Shown here: positions 41,842-49,899 of the stretch, piece by piece | Position numbering within the stretch: the first letter of the stretch is position 1 | How the letters are laid out: each line of letters begins with the position of its first letter | Program-made: the position numbers and the translations under genes | The notes under the pieces: generated by a model | Databases searched by the model: none | Told to the model about the DNA's origin: nothing | Seen by the model: the letters and a program-made list of their open reading frames with translations, nothing else | DNA from: a virus | IMG/VR virus record: IMGVR_UViG_3300042691_039251 | Location: 25,679 to 89,678 of that record | DNA: 64,000 nucleotides | Direction: 5' to 3' (one strand)

Positions 41842-43464
41842 ATGTCAAGACTAACTCCTTTTTCAGACAAGAAACTCGCGGATCACGAACAATACCGTGA
41901 AGAGAGAGTAGAGAATTACATGGGCGGAATGAGCTACCGATTAGGTCCTCTGGAGACTCTAAGAATCGTGGCCGCAAGTTCCATCTTCGGCGAGCCACAG
42001 TACTACCGAGACGGCATCGGAGCTGAGAAGGCTCTAAAAAAGGATGCCAACGTTTTAGAAGTCTCGATCTTCGAAGATCTCGTAAAAGACAAGAGAACAG
42101 TCGCCGAAGTCTTTACCGAAGCGATCGACAGAGCATTAGATGCTGATTTTAAAGCAACGTTGGATCTTGCTCTCACTCTAAGGACTGAGTACATGATGAG
42201 GTTGAACCCATCAGTGATCTGGATCAGAGCCTCTCTCCATCCAAAGAGAGCAGAGTTCAACGAGAAGAATCCGGGTTACATGAAGGAGATTGGAAAAAAG
42301 ATCGTATTGAGGCCGGACGACGTCACTAACCAATTCGATTATTATGCATACGTGAAAGGATCGAAGAAAGGCCTTTCCTCCCTCGTGAAGAGAACTTGGG
42401 CAGAGACTCTGGAGAGCTTCTCTCGCTACCAATTGAACAAATACAAGGGCAAGAAGCTGATAGATCTCGTGAGGATCTCACACGCTCATTCTGATGACAT
42501 TACTGAGCTCGTAAAAACAGGCACTATCAAGGTCGAGGAGTCCGAGAAGACTTGGGAGATCTTGAGATCTGAGGGAAAATCTTGGAAGGAGATCTTGGAA
42601 ACGATCAAGATCCCTCACATGGCCCTCCTCCGCAACCTCCGCGGAATCTTCAAAGAAATAGATAACAGGGAGATCTTGGAAAAAGTTCTAACTGATCTAA
42701 AAGCTGGAGTTCCTTACGGAAAACAGTTCTCCTTCAGATATTGGTCGGCACACAAAGCAGTCTCTTCTGAAGACGGAGTGAATTTCAAAATACCGATCCT
42801 CGATGCTCTCGAAGAATGCATTGATCTAGCGGTAGAGAACTCACCCAGATTAAGAGGCCGAGTAATGTCTCTCTGCGATAATAGCGGATCTGCATGGGGA
42901 AGCTGCAATTCAGAATATGGATCGGTCACCGTAGCAGAGATCGCGAACCTCTCGGCTTTGATCACCGGAGCCAATGCCGAAGAAGGCCACGTCGGAGTCT
43001 TTGGAGATAAATTAGAAACTCGTGGAGTTTCCAAAAGGAACGGCATCATGGCCCAACTGGAAGAATCGAATGCAATTGGCAACACGGTCGGACAGAGCAC
43101 TGAAAACGGGATCTGGCTCTTCTGGGACAAAGCAATCAAGAACAAGGAGCACTGGGACACCGTCTTCATCTACTCTGATATGCAGGCCGGCACCGGAGGC
43201 CTCTACGGAGTCAATGCTGAAGACTATAAAGAGTTCAGACATAAAGACGGCAGACACATCGACGTCCTTGCTCTGGTCCAAAAATACCGAAGAGAAGTAA
43301 ACTCAAGAGTGAACGTCTTTTCGGTCCAAGTTGCAGGTTACGACAATTCAGTCCTTCCGGGTAACATTTACCGAGGAGCAATTCTCACAGGTTGGACAGG
43401 CAAAGAATCACTCTACGCCCAGGAGATCATCAAAATCTGGGACGAAATAGAAAATATAAAATGA
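41842..43464 (+). CDS. TROVE domain protein (Ro60/Rsr homologue) with C-terminal vWA
   Basis: MALLRNLR, FSFRYWSAH, vWA MIDAS-like CDNSGS, FIYSDMQ, GW. Confidence 0.9.
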   Translation: MSRLTPFSDKKLADHEQYREERVENYMGGMSYRLGPLETLRIVAASSIFGEPQYYRDGIGAEKALKKDANVLEVSIFEDLVKDKRTVAEVFTEAIDRALDADFKATLDLALTLRTEYMMRLNPSVIWIRASLHPKRAEFNEKNPGYMKEIGKKIVLRPDDVTNQFDYYAYVKGSKKGLSSLVKRTWAETLESFSRYQLNKYKGKKLIDLVRISHAHSDDITELVKTGTIKVEESEKTWEILRSEGKSWKEILETIKIPHMALLRNLRGIFKEIDNREILEKVLTDLKAGVPYGKQFSFRYWSAHKAVSSEDGVNFKIPILDALEECIDLAVENSPRLRGRVMSLCDNSGSAWGSCNSEYGSVTVAEIANLSALITGANAEEGHVGVFGDKLETRGVSKRNGIMAQLEESNAIGNTVGQSTENGIWLFWDKAIKNKEHWDTVFIYSDMQAGTGGLYGVNAEDYKEFRHKDGRHIDVLALVQKYRREVNSRVNVFSVQVAGYDNSVLPGNIYRGAILTGWTGKESLYAQEIIKIWDEIENIK

Positions 43465-43562
43465 AAAAGTTTTTCGCTTTGATGAAGAAGTTCTATAATT
43501 TCCTCAAGCTGGTCGAGGAATTGAGAATGAAGTGTATGATAAAATCAGGCAGAGGCTATTAA
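43461..43562 (+). CDS. small hypothetical peptide (33 aa)
   Basis: MKKFFALMKKFYNFLKLVEELRMKCMIKSGRGY; ATGA overlap with TROVE stop. Confidence 0.5.
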   Translation: MKKFFALMKKFYNFLKLVEELRMKCMIKSGRGY

Positions 43563-43580
43563 CTTACAAAATGCTAAAGC

Positions 43581-44297
43581 ATGAGAGAAATAAAAAGGAA
43601 GAGCTCGAAGCTCGTTGATTGGGAACTCTATGAAGCAATCCCACAAGTCTACGTAGTCCGAGTCGAAGACTCTTACCAGAGAGCAATGCTCTTCCTCAGA
43701 TACCAAGAACACTACGAATCTCCCTACAACAAGTTCCAAGGAAAGAGCTTCAACATTTTTGAGTTCATGGACCACTACCGAAAAGACCGAGGAGCCTGTG
43801 CTTTTCTTTATCCGAGCGAGTGGTCAGGGTACAACATACCGAGCAGCTCTCTTCTCAAATGTTACGTCGAGGTAAAAGACAACAACCCATACGATGAAGC
43901 AATGGGCGAAATCATCATCAAGATCTCAGAGGAGCTCCTCGCTGGAAAAGCTCCTGGGCAGAAAGCTCCTAAATTCTATCTCATCGGTGTCGACAAGATT
44001 GAAGGAGGAGTCATGGACCACGAAATTGCACACGCTCTCTTCTTCATCGATCCTCAATATAGAAAGAAGGCCACAGATCTCGTCTCAAAGCTCGCTCCTC
44101 GAAAAAGAGAGAAGATGGAGAAGATACTCCTCGGCCTCGGCTACCGCCCTCAAGTTCTAGTAGATGAGATTCAAGCTTTCATGAGCACTGGTCTTTGGCC
44201 TGGCATGGCAAAGGTCGTCACTGAAAAGGATTGTAAGCCCTTCATTGAAAATTGGCTTGACACCTCGTTAGCGTGTTCTCCCGATTTCAAGAGATAA
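43581..44297 (+). CDS. hypothetical protein with HExxH motif
   Basis: FLRYQEHYESP, WSGYNIP, DHEIAHALF, DEIQAF. Confidence 0.75.
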   Translation: MREIKRKSSKLVDWELYEAIPQVYVVRVEDSYQRAMLFLRYQEHYESPYNKFQGKSFNIFEFMDHYRKDRGACAFLYPSEWSGYNIPSSSLLKCYVEVKDNNPYDEAMGEIIIKISEELLAGKAPGQKAPKFYLIGVDKIEGGVMDHEIAHALFFIDPQYRKKATDLVSKLAPRKREKMEKILLGLGYRPQVLVDEIQAFMSTGLWPGMAKVVTEKDCKPFIENWLDTSLACSPDFKR

Positions 44298-44332
44298 TTT
44301 TCTCTTCTCGTTTCATTTTTCTATATTTTACT

Positions 44333-44635
44333 ATGAAAAGAATAATCATATTTTGTCTATTCCTCGTAGGATGCGTCGACAGGAAGGACTTCGTCGAAGA
44401 ACGCATATCATATAAGATCGACTCAGTGGCTTATCACCCTGTCGGTTTTCCTAGCGTGGCCAACCTCGATCCCCGTTGGATCGCCTACACTGAATTCGGA
44501 CAATTTACCTATCACCATCCGGTCGAAGTCGGAGACAGCGTTGAGGTGATCATCATGACTCCAAAAAGAGACACTATGGTCTTTGATCCGATATTAGAAC
44601 ACAGCAAAATAAAAGAAGATGACACCCTTAGATAG
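44333..44635 (+). CDS. putative lipoprotein
   Basis: MKRIIIFCLFLVGC lipobox-like; ATG right after TATATTTT box. Confidence 0.65.
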   Translation: MKRIIIFCLFLVGCVDRKDFVEERISYKIDSVAYHPVGFPSVANLDPRWIAYTEFGQFTYHHPVEVGDSVEVIIMTPKRDTMVFDPILEHSKIKEDDTLR

Positions 44636-44849
44636 AATGATCGAGTACGTGAGAACCCGTTTCGAAATGGGAGAGGCTTTTGAGAACATGGCTTCTAACT
44701 TGAAAACCGAGGAAAAGAAGATCATTAGCAGAGCTTGGCACGACGGTAACATCATCGGCAGAAATGGCTGGATCAGAGAAGAGTACGAAACAGGAGAACA
44801 ATACTACGAAAAAACTTATGGGCATGAACGAAATGTTGGAGGAAAATAG
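44619..44849 (+). CDS. hypothetical protein
   Basis: EKKIISRAW...EQYYEKTY motif. Confidence 0.7.
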   Translation: MTPLDRMIEYVRTRFEMGEAFENMASNLKTEEKKIISRAWHDGNIIGRNGWIREEYETGEQYYEKTYGHERNVGGK

Positions 44850-44997
44850 CTACTGGGACATCGACATCCTGATAGAATACCGAAAGAGAAAAAAGAAAGA
44901 GATCGATCGGTTGGAAAAAACCCTCTGGTCTCGGATCTGGAACTGGAAGAAGATCAAGAAATTGAAAGAAGATCTCGCAAAAATAAGATACGTATGA
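44824..44997 (+). CDS. small hypothetical protein
   Basis: MNEMLEENSYW...; ATGA overlap with next gene. Confidence 0.55.
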   Translation: MNEMLEENSYWDIDILIEYRKRKKKEIDRLEKTLWSRIWNWKKIKKLKEDLAKIRYV

Positions 44998-45656
44998 GAA
45001 TCAAGATTAAAAATAAAGAGAAGGTCTGGATCTTCAGCGATCCACACTACAACCACAAGAACATCTGCAGAGGAGTCACCAACTGGAGGATGGCTGATGG
45101 TTCAGTTCCTGAAGCACAGACCCGAAATTTCAAAGATCTAGATCAGATGAACGCGGCCATCGTCAATAACATCAACGATACGGTAGGCCAGCAAGACATC
45201 CTCATCTGTTTAGGAGATTGGTCCTTCGGAGGCTTTGAGAGCATCACAGAGTTCTGGGATCGTCTGATATGTAAGAACATATATCTCATACTTGGGAACC
45301 ACGATCACCATATCGAGAATAACCGAGATGACATCGAAAAGCTCTTCTTGGAGGTCGGACACTACGCCACGCTGGAAATTGAAGACGGTTACAAGTTCAG
45401 GTTGATGCACTACCCGATCTCATCCTGGGACGGGTTGAGAAAAGGCGTGATCCACCTCCACGGCCACTGTCACCTTCCGACTGATAAGAGGTTTGGAGAA
45501 GGAAAGAGGATGGACGTTGGCATGGACGGGCACCCAGAGTTCAGGCCCTATGATCTCAGAAGGGAAATCATTCCTCTGATGAACAAGAGGCCTATCGGAT
45601 CAGAGCTCGGTTCAGAGGACCACCACATGGACGACATTAAAGGAATTGTAGGATAA
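44994..45656 (+). CDS. calcineurin-like metallophosphoesterase
   Basis: SDPHYNH, LGDW, LGNHD, HYP, LHGHCH, DVGMD. Confidence 0.88.
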   Translation: MRIKIKNKEKVWIFSDPHYNHKNICRGVTNWRMADGSVPEAQTRNFKDLDQMNAAIVNNINDTVGQQDILICLGDWSFGGFESITEFWDRLICKNIYLILGNHDHHIENNRDDIEKLFLEVGHYATLEIEDGYKFRLMHYPISSWDGLRKGVIHLHGHCHLPTDKRFGEGKRMDVGMDGHPEFRPYDLRREIIPLMNKRPIGSELGSEDHHMDDIKGIVG

Positions 45657-45666
45657 AACTAATAAC

Positions 45667-45981
45667 ATGGCAGAAAAGAAAGAAACGATTGCAGAAGGAA
45701 TGGGACTCAACGAAGAGTGGGCTCTCATCAACAGGCACCGAGCAGAGAAAATTCTCGAAGAGAATAACACGGTGTCAGATGCTCTACTGAGCATGGCTGC
45801 AGACCTCAGAGAAGAAGAGTTCGGAGGAGGAATAGAAATCTCAATCTATGAAAAGAAGCTCATAATGATGGGCTTCCACCTCGCTCAACTCATCATGCAA
45901 AAACAACAAGAGTCGGTGATTGGAGCTTCTCTACAAGCTCTGCAGACTCTGCAAGAATTGAGAAAAAACTTAGATGAATAG
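45667..45981 (+). CDS. hypothetical protein
   Basis: 104-aa ORF. Confidence 0.7.
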   Translation: MAEKKETIAEGMGLNEEWALINRHRAEKILEENNTVSDALLSMAADLREEEFGGGIEISIYEKKLIMMGFHLAQLIMQKQQESVIGASLQALQTLQELRKNLDE

Positions 45982-46453
45982 CATGGAGCACTTAAGAATC
46001 AACATACCGATCACGAAGCCTCTGGTCCTCATCGACATGGACGGAGTTCTCTGTGATTTTGAAAAGAGAAAGAAAGAGATAGAAGCAAAAGGCTTCAAAG
46101 GCGGAAGCGTCTTCAAGCACCCAGATGCTTACAAAAACTTGGAGCCGATAGAAGGTGCGATCGAGGCGTGGCACAAGCTCCAAGAAAAATACGAGACTTA
46201 CATTCTGAGCACTCCAGCGTGGAGCAATCCAGACAGCTGGTCAGAAAAGCGGATCTGGGTCGAGGAGAACTTGGGCCGATCAGCTCACAAAAAACTGATC
46301 CTCTCGCATCACAAAGGATTGATCAAGGGAGACTATCTCATCGATGACAGAGAAGCAAACGGTGTCGGAGATTTCGAGGGCACTCACATTCATTTTGGTA
46401 CTGAACTCTATCCTGATTGGGAACACGTTCTTCAAAGACTAGGCATTGTATGA
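45974..46453 (+). CDS. HAD-family 5'(3')-deoxyribonucleotidase (NT5C-like)
   Basis: IDMDGVLCDF, ILST, EKRIWV, GDYLIDD. Confidence 0.88.
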   Translation: MNSMEHLRINIPITKPLVLIDMDGVLCDFEKRKKEIEAKGFKGGSVFKHPDAYKNLEPIEGAIEAWHKLQEKYETYILSTPAWSNPDSWSEKRIWVEENLGRSAHKKLILSHHKGLIKGDYLIDDREANGVGDFEGTHIHFGTELYPDWEHVLQRLGIV

Positions 46454-47046
46454 TCGATAACATTGAACTCATCAAACCTCTCCTGAACTTTGACAGAGAA
46501 GGAGACTTCTACATGCTCTACGTTTTTAAGAGAAAGAAAGACCAACCTGAAGGAGAGAGGGACAACCACCAATCAGTGAGGACGATCAAAACATATTGCA
46601 TTGAATCAATAGAACATCTTGATCGGCGATACGAGGAGATCAAACAGCTCTGCGAAATGTTCAGAGCTCGAGCATACATTCACGTCCAAAAGCAAAACCA
46701 CATGGACGTCTCTTTGGAGATGATGGTCTCTCTAGCTACAAGGATCAAGAACGGACAGACTAATCAGAAGGGCCTTTTTGATTCTGTTGTCGGCCAGATC
46801 AAGACTCAAGAAAAGCGTTGGATCGTAGACATAGACACTAAAGACATCGATTTGACAACTATTGTGTTGTGGATCGATACTCAGTGTAGGCCCGAAGGTT
46901 CTAAAGTCGAAGCTTTAATTCCAACCAAAAGCGGTTTTCACTTAATCACGAGAAGATTTGATGTGATGGAGTTTAAGAAGAGATACCCTGAGATAGATCT
47001 CCAGAAAAAGAATCCTACGTGTTTGTACGTACCTGATTCTCTCTAA
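46450..47046 (+). CDS. hypothetical protein with AEP-like motifs
   Basis: Start MIDNIE; WIVDIDT and TKSGFHLIT. Confidence 0.7.
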   Translation: MIDNIELIKPLLNFDREGDFYMLYVFKRKKDQPEGERDNHQSVRTIKTYCIESIEHLDRRYEEIKQLCEMFRARAYIHVQKQNHMDVSLEMMVSLATRIKNGQTNQKGLFDSVVGQIKTQEKRWIVDIDTKDIDLTTIVLWIDTQCRPEGSKVEALIPTKSGFHLITRRFDVMEFKKRYPEIDLQKKNPTCLYVPDSL

Positions 47047-47081
47047 TTTTCTGGTGTCATCGCCTTTAACTATCTTTTAAT

Positions 47082-47246
47082 ATGAAAAAGAAGAAGACGA
47101 TAAGGTGGAGACAGAAGCTGAACCGAGAAGCCGCGAAAGAACAGGGCTTCTACGACGGCAGGTTCAAACCGAGGATCGTCAAAGACAAGAAGAAGTGGAA
47201 TTCTAAACGAGGCTCCCGTGGGTGGAGGCCTGAAAACGAAAACTAA
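47082..47246 (+). CDS. small basic protein (54 aa)
   Basis: Manual ORF MKKKKTIRW...GFYDGRFKPRIVKDKKK; follows early promoter box at 47071. Confidence 0.65.
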   Translation: MKKKKTIRWRQKLNREAAKEQGFYDGRFKPRIVKDKKKWNSKRGSRGWRPENEN

Positions 47247-47443
47247 TGTTTAACGAACAAGAGCTTTATGAAAGATACATGCAGGTCTATGAAATCGAGA
47301 TCAGAGAAACTTCTTCGCCTCTAGGAAGAAAGTTATTGGCCGAGATCAATATGCTCGAAGATCTTACTCTCGAAGAATTCGAGGAGAGGCTCAAAGAAGA
47401 CGAAAAATTTAGAAAAAAATGGGGAAACGAACAGATTTTTTAA
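47246..47443 (+). CDS. hypothetical protein
   Basis: TAATG overlap; LTLEEF..RLKEDEKFRKKWG. Confidence 0.7.
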   Translation: MFNEQELYERYMQVYEIEIRETSSPLGRKLLAEINMLEDLTLEEFEERLKEDEKFRKKWGNEQIF

Positions 47444-47595
47444 GAAGAGTAGAATGGATTTGGGAATTTTATTTTGTCTACTTTATCTTCAACCCAATGA
47501 AAATTCACAGATATCACGACTACATGTGGCAGAAATGGGGCTCTAGATATTGTAGCCGAGAAGAATACGAAAATTACAAAAAAACCATATCATGA
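47419..47595 (+). CDS. small aromatic-rich hypothetical protein (58 aa)
   Basis: Manual ORF MGKRTDFLRRVEWIWEFYFVYFIFNP...; ATGA overlap with next. Confidence 0.6.
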   Translation: MGKRTDFLRRVEWIWEFYFVYFIFNPMKIHRYHDYMWQKWGSRYCSREEYENYKKTIS

Positions 47596-47774
47596 CACAA
47601 GTAGGTAAAGGCAGAAAACCCCTGTACAAGAAAAACCACAATGCTTTCGAAGAAAAGAAAGACGAGCTCATTAAAGTCCAATTGAACCACAAGACCTGGG
47701 TCTATGTGAAAAAGGACATTACAGAGAGCATGATTGAACAGCTCAGAAAAAAGTACACTCCACAATTAGCATAG
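47592..47774 (+). CDS. hypothetical protein
   Basis: 60-aa ORF. Confidence 0.65.
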   Translation: MTQVGKGRKPLYKKNHNAFEEKKDELIKVQLNHKTWVYVKKDITESMIEQLRKKYTPQLA

Positions 47775-47805
47775 AGCAAAATATATAGTAAAAATAGAAA
47801 AGAGA

Positions 47806-48687
47806 GTGAGATTTATTCAGACTTACGACGGCTTTCTAAACGAATCAGCCTTCATAAACGAATCAGCATTCAGGTTCCTCGGCGAGGCCAAAGAAATGGA
47901 GGTTCTAGTTGATCTAGAAGAAGTCGGCAAAAACCCATCAGATTTCTTCGGAGCATTCGACGGCATCTATGTAATCAACTTAAAGCAAAGAGACGATAGA
48001 TTAAAATCGTTCAAAGACCAGATGAAAGCAGCAGGCGTCAACGCCGGTGACATAAAGAGAGTAGAGGGCTACAATGGAAAAGAGATGGCTGATAAGGTCT
48101 TCAAAGATCCCATGTATCTCCTCGATAAGTATTCTGATCTCGTTGACGTAAAAAAGCTCACTGAAGGAAACCTTGACAGAGTAAAGCAAGAACCTGGCTG
48201 TTATGCATGTTCTGAAAGCCACCGATTGGCGGTAATGCAGGCACAAAAAGACGGTTGTAAAAGACCCCTCATTTTCGAAGACGACGCAGTACTTACCAAA
48301 GCTCTCTTCACTCAGGGATCTAAGATGAGAGAAAGAATCGATTCTCTCAAGTACGACTTCCTTAACATGGGTCTCGGAGAGACCAAATTCAACGGAAGAA
48401 ACTTTAACGGCAGAGGCCTCGTTCAGAAGCTCGTCAAAGGATCCCCTACAAAATTCCACGCATATTCAGTAGAAGAAAAATCGATGGACGATTTCATCAA
48501 AGCTTCTCTCAAGAACTGGACCTACCACGTGGACATTGTAGTAACTAACGAATTCAGAGACGGCGGAAAGAAATTCTACGCAATGAACCCAAGACCTTTT
48601 ACTCAGCTCGGAGATCATTCAGACATCCAGGGCAAAGAAATCGGTAAAGGCGGTAAGGGTGAAATGGCTTTCAAATTCGAAGGCTAA
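47806..48687 (+). CDS. family 25 glycosyltransferase with N-terminal FLNES peptide
   Basis: YVINLKQRDDRL, GCYACSESH, LIFEDDA, HAY, HSDI; AATATATA box at 47780. Confidence 0.8.
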   Translation: MRFIQTYDGFLNESAFINESAFRFLGEAKEMEVLVDLEEVGKNPSDFFGAFDGIYVINLKQRDDRLKSFKDQMKAAGVNAGDIKRVEGYNGKEMADKVFKDPMYLLDKYSDLVDVKKLTEGNLDRVKQEPGCYACSESHRLAVMQAQKDGCKRPLIFEDDAVLTKALFTQGSKMRERIDSLKYDFLNMGLGETKFNGRNFNGRGLVQKLVKGSPTKFHAYSVEEKSMDDFIKASLKNWTYHVDIVVTNEFRDGGKKFYAMNPRPFTQLGDHSDIQGKEIGKGGKGEMAFKFEG

Positions 48688-48707
48688 CATAAAATAGATC
48701 AATCTTG

Positions 48708-48735
48708 AAAGGACTTCCTCGGAAGTCCTTTTTTT
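48708..48735 (+). terminator. intrinsic terminator
   Basis: AAAGGACTTC-ctcg-GAAGTCCTTT then TTTT. Confidence 0.75.
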
Positions 48736-48794
48736 GTGAGAGTTTCAAAATACATATACCAAGAGGGCAACCTCTGCAAAATAAAAACATAACA

Positions 48795-49619
48795 ATGTTA
48801 CTTAAGAACGGATCGAAGGGCACCGATGTGGCTGCTCTTCAGAAATTTCTAGGTCTGGCCGCTGATGGCAATTTCGGCCCAGGCACGGAAAAAGCAGTAA
48901 AAGATTGGCAGGCGAAAAACGGCCTCACTGCCGATGGAATAGTAGGACCTGGTACTTGGGCTAAGATGGGTCTCGGTGCTGCAGCTCCCGTAGCTGAGTC
49001 TGCGCCAGTTCCACCATCAAACTTCAAATTGGAGAAGTTAAAAGGTCACATTCCTGATGCAGTGATCGCACAGATCCCTGATACTGCAGCCAAGTTTGGC
49101 ATCACCAACACTTTGAGACTTGCTCACTTCCTCGCTCAGTGTGGTCACGAATCTGGAGGCTTCAAAGCAGTTTCCGAGAATTTGAACTACTCTGCAGACG
49201 GTTTGAAGAAGATCTTCCCTAAGTATTTTCCAGGAAACTTGAACGAGTCTTACGCTAGAAACCCTGAGAAGATCGCTAACAAAGTCTATTCTTCTAGAAT
49301 GGGTAACGGCGATGAGAAATCTGGTGACGGCTTCAAATTCAGAGGTCGTGGTTACATCCAATTGACGGGCAAGGACAACTACACAAGGTTTGACAAGACT
49401 GTGGATGACGACATCCTCGCAAATCCTGATCTCGTGGCTACTAAGTATCCTCTTTCTTCAGCTGCATTCTTCTTCAACTCAAACGGGCTCTGGTCCATTT
49501 GTGATAAAGGAGCAGACGAAGCGACAGTGACGGCAGTGACCAAGAGAGTCAACGGCGGCACGATCGGTCTCGCTGACCGCATCAAGCACTTCAAAGAGTA
49601 CTATCACCTACTCGCATGA
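48795..49619 (+). CDS. endolysin: peptidoglycan-binding domain plus GH19 lysozyme/chitinase
   Basis: DGNFGPGTEKAVK.WQ...LTADGIVGPGTW; AHFLAQCGHES, ENLNYS, FRGRGYIQLTGKDNY, VNGG. Confidence 0.92.
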   Translation: MLLKNGSKGTDVAALQKFLGLAADGNFGPGTEKAVKDWQAKNGLTADGIVGPGTWAKMGLGAAAPVAESAPVPPSNFKLEKLKGHIPDAVIAQIPDTAAKFGITNTLRLAHFLAQCGHESGGFKAVSENLNYSADGLKKIFPKYFPGNLNESYARNPEKIANKVYSSRMGNGDEKSGDGFKFRGRGYIQLTGKDNYTRFDKTVDDDILANPDLVATKYPLSSAAFFFNSNGLWSICDKGADEATVTAVTKRVNGGTIGLADRIKHFKEYYHLLA

Positions 49620-49627
49620 TAAATAAG

Positions 49628-49657
49628 AAAGAGCGGTAATAAACTTACCGCTCTTTT
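49628..49657 (+). terminator. intrinsic terminator
   Basis: AAAGAGCGGTAA-taaac-TTACCGCTCTTTT. Confidence 0.7.
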
Positions 49658-49671
49658 ACAATAAAAGAACT

Positions 49672-49896
49672 ATGAAAAATCTTTTAATCTTCGAGGACTT
49701 CTCGAAAACATACGGAGAAAAGATCACTCTCGATCAATTCAGATCTATCAAACCTGGAAGCACTGTCACTTATTTAGGTTCAAAATACGAAGTTGTCAAA
49801 AATGACGGCTTTGTTCTCTCTTTAAAGAACGAGAGAAGCAGCTTTACCGTCAACTACAGCATGTTCAACCACGGTGGCTTCATCAAAAACAGCTAA
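49672..49896 (+). CDS. hypothetical protein (MKNLLIFEDF N-terminus)
   Basis: 74-aa ORF. Confidence 0.7.
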   Translation: MKNLLIFEDFSKTYGEKITLDQFRSIKPGSTVTYLGSKYEVVKNDGFVLSLKNERSSFTVNYSMFNHGGFIKNS

Positions 49897-49899
49897 GCA

